The position numbers were made by a program, and so were the translations under genes. This document shows positions 48,561 through 62,293 of a stretch of 64,000 nucleotides of DNA, piece after piece (position 1 is the stretch's first letter; each line of letters starts with the position of its first letter). Origin of the DNA: Octopus sinensis (lineage: Eukaryota); NCBI RefSeq assembly GCF_006345805.1, contig NC_043005.1, positions 27,342,001 to 27,406,000 on the forward strand, read 5' to 3'. The notes beneath the pieces were generated by a model. That model had not been told where the DNA came from, made no database searches, and saw nothing but the letters and a program-made list of their open reading frames with translations.

Positions 48561-48930
48561 TATAGAGATAGATGTACAGACAACTGAGCATAAAACAATC
48601 TGAATTAATGATGACTGCAACAAGAAGAAGGAAACAGCTTGTGATAAGCTGTATTGCAGGATGACCAGATCTCATTGGTTGCAAGCAATAAAAGAAGAGT
48701 CTAAGTAATATATGTAAAGCAATTTGTACTCAATCATATATTTAAAAAAAATAAAAGAAGAAAGAAGTGAAATAAAAAAAATATTTAAAAAAAAAAACGG
48801 AGAAAAGAACCCCTAAAATCAAATTGCACTGTTGATGCACCGCCCCAATTGCACTAGTTGCTCTCTCATTTAAATATGTAAATGAGGGAACATTGAACAG
48901 TAGGAGGGAAATTGTATTGTGTGCCATGCA

Positions 48931-48969
<39 letters not shown>

Positions 48970-49576
48970 ATGGTATAAAAAGAGGGGGATATCTCTTTCT
49001 TTAACAATGTAATGCACCAATGTTAGTGGTTTGGTGGTGGTGGTGGTGGTGGTGGTGGTGGTGATACTTTATGCGGTGAAGGTGGAGTTTACTGCACTTG
49101 AAAGTATGGAAGTAAAAAAGGAGCATAAATAAAAAAAAAGCAGGACAGAAAAATAATTAACAATATGTATGAATAGATAATGTGGAGGTGTGTGTGCATG
49201 TGTACATATATTTATTGTGTGCATGTATATGTGTGTGTGATGTGTATGTATGCTGTCTAAAAGCTTGTGTGTGTTGTGTACATAGCAGCAGAGATGGTCA
49301 GAGAGAGAGAGAAAGAGAATTTTTTTTTGTCCAATATCAACAGCAATACCACTACTAACTCATTACCTATCCTCATGGCCACCACTGCAGAATGTAAATA
49401 AAATAAATAAAACTATGATGTGGAGCCCCAACCATAAACACACTGAGATGTATTAGTGGGGGAGGAGGAGGGGAGAGAAGGAGGATGTAGAAAAGAAGAA
49501 AGATGATGTGAATGGGAAGGAAACAGATAGAAACATAAGTAGGCAGATTAGATAGAGAGACACATTAAGTGTGAAC

Positions 49577-49612
<36 letters not shown>

Positions 49613-49645
49613 ATATGTATGTATATATATGTATGTATGTGATAT

Positions 49646-49704
<59 letters not shown>

Positions 49705-50046
49705 GTGTATATATATATGATATATATATGTTCACACACATACAATTTAAATGTGTGTGTGTGTGTGTATAAGTGTATACATACACACACATAATTGTTA
49801 GTTATATATATGCCTGGCATAAGCGTCTAAAGTCCTAGGACTCCTGGGGCTTCTAGTTATTCACTTTCCATACTTCTCAAGTGACCACAATGACCAGATT
49901 CCCTGGAACAGGATGCTGGTCACTGACAAGGGTTACTCATTTCATGAAATGAAGTGCCTGGCTCAAGAATACAATGCATTCACTGGTTAACTAAACATAC
50001 ACATAACTAACTCTATAAACACACACACACACATATATATATATAT

Positions 50047-50275
50047 GGTGGTGAGCTGGCAGAATTATTAGCATGCCGGACGAAATACTTAGTGGTATTT
50101 CGTCTGCCATTACGTTATGAGTTCGAATTCCGCTGAGGTCGGCTATGCCTTTCATCCTTTTGCGGTCGAGTGAGTAAGTACCAGTTACACACTGGAGTTG
50201 ATGTAATCGACTTAATACCTTTGTCAATCCTTGTTTGTCCCCTCTATATTTAGCCCCATGTGGGCAATAAAGGCA
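50047..50275 (+). mobile_element. SINE family B (alternative tail)
   Basis: Head GGTGGTGAGCTGGCAG and tail TTGTTTGTCCCCTC...GTGGGCAATAAAG. Confidence 0.85.
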
Positions 50276-50713
50276 TACATATATGCACATAAATAGACAC
50301 ACATATACACAAATATATATACATATTAATTAGTGATTGATAATTAATTACAATGAACTTATTGTATATAATGCTTGGGTATTAGTAAACACACACACAC
50401 AAGTATATACATCCTTATTTTACAGTTATGATGTACATATATATATTTAGGTGTATATCTCTCTCTATATATATGTGTGTGTATGTATATAAATAAGTAT
50501 ACATATGTGTGTGTGTGTGTGTGTGTGGTGTGTGTGTGTGTGTGCACACATGCACAACTTACAGAAACCAATTTTTAGAAAAGGCACAATCTGCTCTTGC
50601 CTGTTTTTATGGGTGACAAAACTGGTTTCTAACATCAAGGGTAATCTGGTTATGGAACACTGTTGCAGAAGACACTCCGAGACTAAAACAATGCTAAATT
50701 ACGTCTAGGTTAA

Positions 50714-51110
50714 GGCGGCGAGCTGGCATAGACGTTAGCGCCCCGGGCGAAATGCTTAGCGGTATTTCGTCTGACGTTACGTTCTGAGTTCAAATTCCGC
50801 CGAGGTCGACTTTGCCTTTCATCCTCTCGGGGTCGATAAATTAAGTACCAGTTAAACACTGGGGTCGATGTAATCGACTTAATACCTATGTCTGTCCTTG
50901 TTTGTCCCCTCTGTGTTTAGCCCCCTGTGGGTAATAAAGAAATAGGTATTTCGTCTGTCTTTATGTTCTGAGTTCAAATTCCGCCGAGGTCGACTTTGTC
51001 TTTCATCCTTTTGGGGTCATTAAATTAAGTACCAGTTGTGTACTGGGATCGATCTAATCGACTGGACCCCTCCCCAAATTTGTCGGATCTTGCGCCTAGA
51101 GTAGTAAAGA
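50714..51110 (+). mobile_element. young CpG-intact SINE family B plus a tandem 5'-truncated copy with a different tail
   Basis: GGCGGCGAGCTGGCATAGACGTTAGCGCCCCGGGCG... runs to 50943, and a second body starts GGTATTTCGTCTG at about 50945. Confidence 0.85.
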
Positions 51111-51350
51111 TGTCTAGGTTTGTATGCATATATATATGTATGTGTGTGTATAAGTATGTACAGCTATTGTATGCATATATATATATATATATATACATAT
51201 ATATACCGGAGTAAGTACATAAATGTGAAACAGGGTGGAAAAAAGAATACTCAAATACCAGGGGTAGAGAACGGGAGCGTGAAACTAACAGTTTTTGTGA
51301 TATTTCATCTGCTTTTAATAAAGTAAATATATATATATATATATATAGAA

Positions 51351-51383
<33 letters not shown>

Positions 51384-52139
51384 GAGAAAGAGAGAGAGAA
51401 AGACTAACAAATGAATGCATATACATAGATTATATATATACATATATATATATATATATACTACATACATTCACGCACACACATGTATATGCATTCATAT
51501 ACAAAGATATGTACATATATGTATATGTATGCATGTTTACAGTTTGTATGTATGAGCATGCACCCATGCACGCACACACACACACACACATTCAGAGACG
51601 GGCTGATAATTTGTCAAGATATAGAGATAGATAAAATAGATAAACAGACAGAAAGACAGTAAGCAAGAGCTGCAATATATAGTGTGATATGATGTATGGA
51701 GAAGGAGGGGTTGGGGGGGGGGGAGGATGACAGTAGATGTGGCAAGGCGCTGGTGATGGTGATGGTGGTGGTGGTGATGGAGGGGGAGAAGTTGAAGTGG
51801 CAATGTAATTAAATGATAGCTTATTAGTGAAATCATGTAATTATCTAAACACCATATGTGTTACACAAGGAAACTAAAATTTGAGATAAAAACACAGGGA
51901 GGAGGAGGAGGGAGAGAGATGACAGACAAAGAAAAAGTTTAGGTTTATGAAGATTTAATAATAATAATGATAATAATAATAATAATAATAATAATGTTTT
52001 CCTAACAGAAATGATTTATGCCCCATTAATACGTACATGTTCATACATGCTTACATATAGCATTCTACACTGCAATCTTTTAGCATGTGCCCATGCTGGA
52101 GCCATGCTTTGAAGGGACTTCAATCAATTGTATCTCCTG

Positions 52140-52224
52140 ATACATACAGACACACACACACACATATATGTATATACACACACACATATATATATAACAC
52201 ACACACACACATATATACACACAC

Positions 52225-52255
<31 letters not shown>

Positions 52256-52760
52256 TATATACGCACACATATATATATATACACACACACATATATATAT
52301 ATACACACACACACATATATATATATACACACACACACACACATATATATATACACACACACACACACATATATATATACACACACACACACACATATAT
52401 ATATACACACACACACACACACATATATACACACACACACACACACATATTATATACACACACACACACATATATATTACACACACACACACACACATAT
52501 ATATACACACACACCACACACATATATATTACACACACACACACATATATATATACACACACACACACACATATATATATACACACACACACACACACAT
52601 ATATATACACACACACACACACACATATATATACACACAACACACACACATATTATATACACACACACACACACATATATATACACACACACACACACAC
52701 ACATTATATATATATATATATATATACATACACACATATTTACACACACATATAAGAATA
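52140..52760. repeat. alternating (CA)n/(TA)n compound microsatellite
   Basis: Direct reading. Confidence 0.95.
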
Positions 52761-54439
52761 AAGTAAATAAATAGGCCCATATATAACTGGGTCCAGGAGC
52801 AATTTTTTTTTATTTTGGAAAGCAGTAATTAGCCTGCAACCTATTTTATTGCTGTCTGTTTACTAAATTGCTAAGTTCACCTTGGTATAAAGGTATTTAA
52901 CTCGGTACAGAAAACCATTAGGTACTTCAGTGCAACAGATTCACTCACATACCAAATTTTCTAAATCATTGGTGACCCCCAAAGCCATTTTGAGACACTT
53001 GTCTAAGTTACTGACTGTACAACAAAATCAAACAGAGGACCAGATAATTTGAAGCGAATGACCTTAGTAACATGAAATATATTATCTGCAACGTGGATAA
53101 AATTGAAATTTAGTGAAGAACTATTTAAATAGCATATTAGCAACAAACATTCCTGTCCCATCACGGGGCCAAAGTTTTAACTTGCTCAGGTCCTAGTTTT
53201 ACAAGAAGCAACAACAAAAGTACCATATTTAGTCATATACCATGCCCCAAATTTAGTGTTAAATCTTGGTACAAATTTTTTTCGCTTCATAGTTTTAGCT
53301 TTGCCTCAATAATAAATTGCATCCTGGTTTTTTTCTTCAATTTTTTCTTTTAAATTGTGTATAATAACTGTAACAACAGCAGTTTGGATGCCGACCAAAA
53401 CTCTTTTTTTTGTCCCCTCCTTACCTCCATATGCTATAAACTGAATCAAGACAATAAACTGTAGTCAGAATAATTAACAGAAACCAATTAATTAACACGA
53501 TATTCTGATGAATACGGAGAATTAATTAAAAATAATTGTTTAATTATATAGATAAATATAAACAGACATCTATGCAGACACAAACATCAGCAGACATGCA
53601 TCCACATAATTGTTAACACTGTTTGGTTTTGTTTTTTCCTAACCACCAAAACGCTGAATCTAGACCCAGGTGTGTGAAGGCATCAGGAAACACACACACA
53701 CACACAAGAACAGGGCGTTAAACAGTTTCCTGGTTGGTCTACCCTTTTCATTCTTCAGTGATTATTAAGAAGCTGATGAGTTTAGTATCCCCTACAGTAG
53801 TAATTCCCAAACTGATAAATACAGGGCATCCCTAATCCCTTCACAAAATACTACTAAAATTTATTAACGAGTCGGCTTCTACAAAATTCTTCAGTAATTA
53901 CAATGATGTTGGACAAGTTTATATCTAAAACTAGCTAAACTTATTTTAATATATGGTAATTTGTCAGCCCACTTTATACTCCTTACTAATATCATCATCA
54001 TCATCATCATATGAAATGCTGTCCTATACAGCAGGACAGAGAAATTTATTTGTAGCAGCAAGCATTATCAGACATTTTACTCATCATAAATTGTTCGACA
54101 ACACTAAAATATAATTATTAACCAACAACCTAGTACAGGACAGACAACATTATATATACTTAAGTCATTCATAAAAATATATTTATGCCACAGCTAAGAT
54201 TTAAGTGACAAAATTTTAATCAAAATTCATATTTACATCATAATATTAAGAGTCCCTACATCATATACATACATATGTGTATGTGTGTGTGTATACATAT
54301 ACATGTGTGTGCGTGTGTGTATGCAAACATGAAGAGGTGCATGTGGACCAAGTACCCACAGGTTACCCGTTGTTGTTCCACACAATGGGTCACAATGAAG
54401 TATACACATTTATTCTACACTTCTGTAAACACACACATA

Positions 54440-54474
<35 letters not shown>

Positions 54475-54523
54475 ATATATATATATATATATATACTGCA
54501 AAAACTGAATATGTCCAATATCA

Positions 54524-54855
54524 TGCCACTCCGTCGGTTACGATGACGAGGGTTCCAGTTGATCTGGAAATTGACATGCAAGTGGCTGAGCACTCCACAG
54601 ACACATGTACTCTTATCGTACTTCTCGAGGGGGGAAGATTCAGTGTGACACAGAGGCTGGCCCTTTGAAATACAGGTACAACAGAAACAGGAAGAGTGAG
54701 AGAAAGTTGGGATAAAAGACCACCCCCTGCCAGACCCTCATGGAGCTTTTAGGTATTTTCGCTCAATATAAACTCACAAAGCCTGGTCTGGGAATTGAAA
54801 CCGCGATCCTATGACCGCGAGTCTGCTGCCCTAACCACTGGGCTATTGCACCTCC
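54524..54855 (-). mobile_element. SINE family D
   Basis: Reverse complement of the 22371 element, with its head intact (GGAGGTGCAATAGCCCAGTGGTTAGGGCAGCAGACTCGCGG). Confidence 0.85.
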
Positions 54856-55247
54856 ACACATACACGCATATATATATATATATATATATACTGCAAAAAG
54901 TGACTATGTCCATTATACACCAATATATACACACAGGCTTCGCACTATCTATCTAATATCTAGAGAGATAAACACACTAGTTGATTTTGTAGTTATTCTC
55001 TTTGCCAAAAAAGAAAAAAGTTAAAACTAAAACTACAGCTGGATAATTAATCAGTGTTAACGAATATCTCAGCATAAGAAGCTTTCCTAAATTCTTAACT
55101 TCCACATTCCGTCCGTCTTTGTAGCAAGGGATTATTCCCACTGTAAACTCTGCCCTTCATACAAGACAGTACCATTACTACTGCATCTCGTACAAAAACT
55201 AGTACCATCAACACTAATGCACACACACACACACATATATACATACA

Positions 55248-55296
<49 letters not shown>

Positions 55297-55628
55297 CTTA
55301 CACAGAGAGAGCGCTTGTTTTCTCAGGAGAGGCTGACCATCCTAGTGAAAAATGATAATTGCAGAGAAAATTCTTCAACAGAACTGCCATTTATAGGCAT
55401 ATGGTAATACATGATAATGATTCCTGTTTCGGTTAGGATGGGGTGGGGTCAGAGAGGGGATAGTATGTTGGGGTTTTTTTTTGCAATTTTTTTTATTATT
55501 ATTTTTCTTTTCAATTTTTGTATTAATGTTTTCTAAATTAAATATGCTGGATTAACCTCATTTTAAATACGTTTTTTAATCAAATACACATGCGCACACA
55601 CACACACACATATATATATACTTTCTTT

Positions 55629-55674
<46 letters not shown>

Positions 55675-55991
55675 TATATATAAATATATATATATATATA
55701 TACTGACAAAGAATGAGTGTGTATAAGTCTCTAGATGTATGTGAATGCTGATGCCAACGAAAAAAATTTCATAAACTACTTTAATACATGCGCACACACA
55801 CACACACACACACAATATCAAGTACAAATGGTAAGTTAAAAAAAAAAAATGAGGCCTCGTATACGTATGTGTGTATTTCTGTGCATGTGTGCATACAAAT
55901 ATACATATATACGTGTTTGTGTATATATGTATATATGTGTGTATTTACATGCGTGTGTGCACACAAATATATATGTATACATGTTTGTGTA

Positions 55992-56408
55992 GGTGCTGGA
56001 GTGGCTATGTGGTAAGTAGCTTGCTTACCAACCACATGGTTCCAGGTTCAGTCCCACTGCATGGCACCTTAGGCAAATGTCTTCTACTATAGCCTTGAGC
56101 CAACCAAATCCTTGTGAGTGGATTTGGTAGAGGGAAACTAAAAGCCTGTCGTGTATATATATATATATATATATTGTATGTATGCATGTGTATATGCTTG
56201 TGTGTCTGTGTTTGTACACGCCGCCCCCCAACATCACTTGACAACTGATGCTGGTGTGTTTATATCCCTGTAACCATAGCAGTTTGGCAAAAGAGACCAA
56301 TAGAATAAGTACTCAGCTTACAAAGAATAAGTCCTGAGGTCAATTTTCTCGACTAAAGGCAGTGCTCCAGCATGGCCGCAGTCAAATGACCAAAACAACC
56401 AAAAGAAT
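55992..56408 (+). mobile_element. SINE family A, CpG-decayed
   Basis: Full body with CG changed to TG/CA throughout. Confidence 0.85.
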
Positions 56409-56484
56409 ATACATACATGTATATTTTATAACCATACGTAAATATCTATCCGTCTTCTGTAGGCGTGTGTGTAGAAATATATGA

Positions 56485-56530
<46 letters not shown>

Positions 56531-56655
56531 CACACACACAGATATATGTAAAAAATGTATATCATGACTGCTTGAAATGATATTATAAAAAAGTAAAATG
56601 ATTTCCCACTCTCTTTATAGTCAGCATTTTAACTAAAATAGATCTACATGTGTGA

Positions 56656-56690
<35 letters not shown>

Positions 56691-57241
56691 AAATATACAT
56701 ACACCATGTATTATATATATGTGTGTGTATGTATTTTAATGTATGTGTGAAGATGTGAGAGATTATCAATAAAAAAAGTCGAGATGACAAATAACAAAGA
56801 AAACCATAAAAATTACTAAGATACCAAAAACACAAACACAAAACAATTAAAATAATAATTAGTAATTGAAATATCTGCCCTGCCCTGCCCTAACCACAGC
56901 ACAACAGAACAACACCACTGACCCACTGCAAATAAGGCAGGCCAGTTTCATGCAGACTTAACACATCTTACCATGAGAGGAATGCAAGATAATTTAGGTA
57001 GGTCTGTAATTCGTTTATACATTTTTGGTAATATGATGAATGTACATAAATAGCATATAATGTATGCATTATGTATATGTGTGCGAAGATGTACATGTAT
57101 ACACACACACGTGCACACAAATGTATGTACATAGTTTGTAGTATGTATGTATGTATGTATAAGCATGTGTATGATTATGGTTATGTAAAAGTGGATATAA
57201 AATAAAATGTACACAATATATGCTTTGTATGGATTTGTTTT

Positions 57242-57287
<46 letters not shown>

Positions 57288-57657
57288 CACACGCACACTC
57301 ATATATATATGTGTAATGGTGTCCATCTGTGTGTGTTTGGGGTTACTCTAACTCCTCCCACACCGTCCAACCAATTTTAATGGTTTTTGGCACATAGGTA
57401 GATCACATGCCCTGAACTTCAAATAAAGCTGCAACTTTTCGCAAACTCAATAATGCTCAGTTGGCATTGATTTTTGTGAGCTCAATCAGGCATTTGATTG
57501 GAAATTCCCATAACAATGTTATTTTTCCAGCAGCATTTGCATTTTTTCACGTGTAAAATTTCAACAAAATCAACAGAATAGTCTCTAAGCAAATGCTTAT
57601 TCAATACAAGGTCAGAGGTAGGCTTAACTTCAACAAAGAAAACATGAGCAACAGCTA

Positions 57658-57698
<41 letters not shown>

Positions 57699-57699
57699 C

Positions 57700-58630
57700 A
57701 ATGCGCTTTCAGTTTCTTTACACCAAATCCACTCACAATGCTTTGATTGACCCAAGTTTATAGTAGAAGAAACTTGTTTACGGTGGCAATGTAGTGGAAC
57801 TGAACCCAAGACCATGTGGTTGGGAAGCAAACTTCTAACCTCACCTTCCCGTCCCCACATATATGTGTATGTAATGTGTGTATCTAAAAGCTTTGAATGT
57901 GTCTGTATGACATATTCTCCAGTCAGGAACAATCAAATTCCTTCCTCACTTAATTAGCATGTGAGCGGCTGAGTACACCACAGACATGTCCTAAATATAA
58001 ATCTCAAGTACAAGTGTGACATTTTAAAAAGACTAGACCATTGAGTTACAAACTACAGTTCATTCAAAAGGCTTCTTCACAGTTTCCAACCATCCTGTGT
58101 TACTCACAAAGCTTGGGTCACATCAAAGCAAAGGTATAAAATCTTGTCCCAGATGACATAGAGTGAGATTGAACTTCACAACAACTCAGCAATGACACAC
58201 ACATACACAAGCTCAATATTATAGTTATATTTTGATTTCAAATTTTGGCACAAGGCCAGCATTTTAGGAGGAGGGGACAAGTTGATTAGATTAACCCCAG
58301 TGCTCAACTGGTAATTATTTTATTGACCCCAAAAAGCAATGTTGACCTCAGCGGAATTTGAACTCAGAACACAAAGACTGACAAAATGTCACAAAATATT
58401 TTGCCTGGTATGCAACCGATTCTGCCAGCTCACCACTCACTGCCTTAATATATATATATTCTGTTCTTTTATTCTTTTACAGTCAACTGACTGTAGCCAT
58501 GCTGGAGCACTGCCTTTAGTCAAACAAATCGACCTCAGGACTTATTCCTTGTAAGCCTAGTACTTATTTTATCGGTCTCTTTTGCCAAACCACTAGCTTG
58601 GTTGGGAAGCAAGCTTGTTACCACACAGCC
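57700..58630 (-). mobile_element. decayed SINE A and B fragments
   Basis: A head at about 57700-57840, B at about 58240-58440, and an A tail at about 58470-58630. Confidence 0.65.
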
Positions 58631-59204
58631 AAGGTGTAGGGATGGGAAACAGTAAATCCAGACTACAGGTTTCCAAGCCAACCTGAACATGCCTTATATA
58701 ATTTACACAGCTCGGCTTTTCTTCAGGTCGAATTACCTGCAGTTGTAAGCCATTGTTGCAACGAGAGAAGGCTGTGTATACATATATAATCTTTGTCTTT
58801 CTCTATGTGCATCTGTGTGTGCATACACACATACAGATTTATGTTGTAGAAGTATTGCTATACACGCATACACACAAAACATCACAAAGAATATGAAAGA
58901 CCTCAAATATTTACAAATATATTTCATCCTGTTAATTTCTCATAAAAGAATACTACCATACCCAGTACACACCCACACACACACACACTGCGTACGTGCA
59001 CCTCTGCCCCGCCCTGCAACACCCCTATACTCTACCCAACATATAAATAGAAATCAAAAGAAATTCCGTTTTAATGTGATGTTTACAGTTTCCGTCGACT
59101 TGATTTATTCACATTTTTTCTCTCTCCAATTTTTCTGCTCTTCTACATTTATTTTTTTTAGCTCCTCTATTATAAATCCTATCATTAGCAAAAGCATGAT
59201 ATCG

Positions 59205-59247
<43 letters not shown>

Positions 59248-59964
59248 CAATCACCAGTGCCGCCACCACCACTGTCATGAATATTAGGCACTCGTTTAAT
59301 GTCGGAGCATTGCTGACTCGCAGAATTATGTTGGACAGCTGTTTTTGTGCTTGAATCTGGATCCTGCTATCAGCCGGTGTCCATGGCGAGGATGCCCCCC
59401 ACCCCATACCGCCTTCTTTTACACGGGAGGTGGCTGGGTGGAAGAGAGTATGTTAGCTTTTCTGTGTCAGGTGGCTTTGGTGAAAGAGATATTACAGCAG
59501 ATGAAGATGGGAAGAACTGAAGACAGACATTTTCCTCTTCAGCCAAACCTCCATTAACTTCTTCAAGTTCCACTCAAGAAGGGAGGGAGGGATCGAGGGA
59601 GTGAAGGAGGGGAAGAGAGGGAGAGAGAAGCGCCTTCCAGTAAATTCGCTAAAAGATGGATAAAAGCGATACATATTTGGTCTGAATGAATGGGTCTATT
59701 CTCAGAGATACCTCAGATTGGAGAATACAAAACTGAGAGCAGGAGTACAATCCTTGGCAGTAAGGGTAATCCAAGACCTGTGGGGTTTCCTGCTTGACCC
59801 CAGGAGACTCTACCCTACAAAAATCTTACACTGCATTACCTTCTTTACACTTAATTTTCATGCATATTTTTTTTCATAACCAATTTTGTAAATTATGTAA
59901 TATGTTCTTGTAATGTCTCCCTCATGTCACCCTTGTGGCAAATAAAAAACATTATATTAGTATA

Positions 59965-60865
59965 ATGTTTAGTGTCATTTTGTCTGTCTTTAGATTCCGA
60001 GTTCAAATTTCACTGAGGCTGATTTTGCCCTTCATCCTTTAAGGGTCGATAAAATAAAGTACCAGTTAAGTACTGGGGGTTGATGTAACTGACTTCCATC
60101 CCCATCCCACTCAAAAACTACTGGCCCTGTGCTAAAATTTGAAGCCATTATTAATATTGCTCGTGACAAGCCAACAGAATCGTTAACAACATCAGGCAAA
60201 ATGTTTAGCAGCATTTCGTCATTAAGTTCCAAGTTCAAATTCCACCAAAGTCGACTTTACCTTTCATCCTTTTGGGGTCAATAAATTATGTACCAGTGAG
60301 ATACTGAGGTCAATGTAATTGACTTAACCCCTCCCCTGAAATTGCTGGCCTTGTGTCAAAATTTGAAATTATTATTATCTTTATTATTATTATTATTATT
60401 ATTATTAAAAAAGCAGCGAGCTGGCAGAATTGTTAGCACATAGGATGAAATGCTTAGCAGTATTTTGTCTGTTTTTAGGTTCTGAGTTCAAATTCCACCA
60501 AGGTTGACTTTGCCTTTTATCTTTTCAGGGTCAATAAATTAAGTAGCAGTTGATTGTTGGGGGTCGATGTGATTGACTGTCCCCCTCCCCACAAAATCTA
60601 GGCCTTGTACCTATGGTAAAAAGGATTATCATCATCATCATCATTATTATAAGGTGGCTAGCTGGCAGAATCATTAGCACACTGGGCAAAATGCTTGGTG
60701 GCATTTCATCTACTGCTACGTTCTGAGTTCAAATTCCGCCAAGGTTGACTTTGCCTTTCATCCTTTCAGGGTCGATAAAATAAATACCAGTCAAACACTG
60801 GGGTTGATGTAACAGACTTAAGCCCTCCCCCAAAATGGCTGCCCTTCTGGCAGAATATGAAACCA
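59965..60865 (+). mobile_element. array of four consecutive SINE family B copies
   Basis: Four GTTCAAATT..C/TTTCATCC/AAGTACCAG bodies separated by (TTA)/(ATC) tracts. Confidence 0.8.
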
Positions 60866-61141
60866 CCATCACCATCAGTACATACTTGTATTTGCAGTGA
60901 AGGTGTTGACTAGTGGCAAATGAAAATATTGTCTCTTTCCATCAGGCATGAAGTCTTCAGGCAGAATGTACTTTTCTATAGAGACCCAGCGGTTCCCAGC
61001 AATCCAAAGTTGTCTATGATATCGGTGTGTGTTATTTTTTCATTTATATCATTTATAGACAAATATTATTATTGTGTATGTGCAGGTGGTTGTATGCTGG
61101 ATATAGTCATACATATACATGTCATACAATCAGAACTATGA

Positions 61142-61194
<53 letters not shown>

Positions 61195-61348
61195 CACACA
61201 CATATAGGATTATATAAAGGATATATTTATTATTATTATGTACATTTAGCGCTACAAACAGAACAGAACCTAATACAGAAAACTAAGGAGATGCATATTT
61301 GTATTTTTTTTTTTTTTAACCAAGGGGATTCACATGTCAAAGTATAAA

Positions 61349-61400
<52 letters not shown>

Positions 61401-61401
<1 letters not shown>

Positions 61402-61537
61402 GTGCAAGAGTGGCTGTGTGGTAAGAAGCTTGCCTCTCAACCACATGTTTCTGGGTTCAGTCCCACTGCATGGCACCTTGGGGCTGACCAAAGCCTTGTG
61501 AGTGGATTTGGTAGACGGAAACTGAAAGAAGCCCATC

Positions 61538-61620
<83 letters not shown>

Positions 61621-61708
61621 CTATATATGTATATGTTTGTGTTTGTCCCCCACCACTATCGCTTGACAACCGATGCTGGTGTGTTTATGTCCCCGTAACT
61701 TAGCAGAG
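61401..61708 (+). mobile_element. SINE family A
   Basis: GGTGCAAGAGTGGCTGTGTGGTAAGAAGC...GCTTGACAACCGATGCTGG. Confidence 0.85.
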
Positions 61709-61890
61709 GGGAAACTGATTCCCTCAACCCCAGCAGTACATACTTGGCTGGTACTTTATTTTATTAACCCTAAAAGGATGGAAAGCAAAGTTGATTTCAG
61801 TCCAATACTCTAATGATTCTGCCAGTGCACCCACCATAATAATGATAATAATAAATAATGATGATGATGATGATGCTGATGATGATGATA

Positions 61891-62104
61891 ATCCTTTCTA
61901 CTATAGGCAGAAGGTCTGAAATTTATGGAGAGAGGGTAAGTCGATCACATTGACCCCAGTATGCAACTGGTACTTAATTTATCAACCCCGAAAGGATCAG
62001 AAGCAAAGTCAACCTCGGCAGAATTTGAACCCACAACATGATGACAGTTGAAATACTGCTAAACATTTTGCCCGGCATGCTAACGATTCTGCCAGCTCAC
62101 CACC
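61891..62104 (-). mobile_element. SINE family B
   Basis: Full body, with (AAT)n/(GAT)n on both plus-strand flanks. Confidence 0.85.
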
Positions 62105-62293
62105 TTAATAATAAAAATAATAATAAGAAGAAGAATAACAACAACAACAAGAGCAACAAGCAGTTGTAATTAGTGAAAGAAGCAAAATGACTAGTCCTGT
62201 GCTTGCATGTGTATGTATGCATGCATGAATGAATGCATGTGTGTGCTTATATGTAAGAACATGTATTGATGTGTGTGTGAGCGTATGTGTGTA

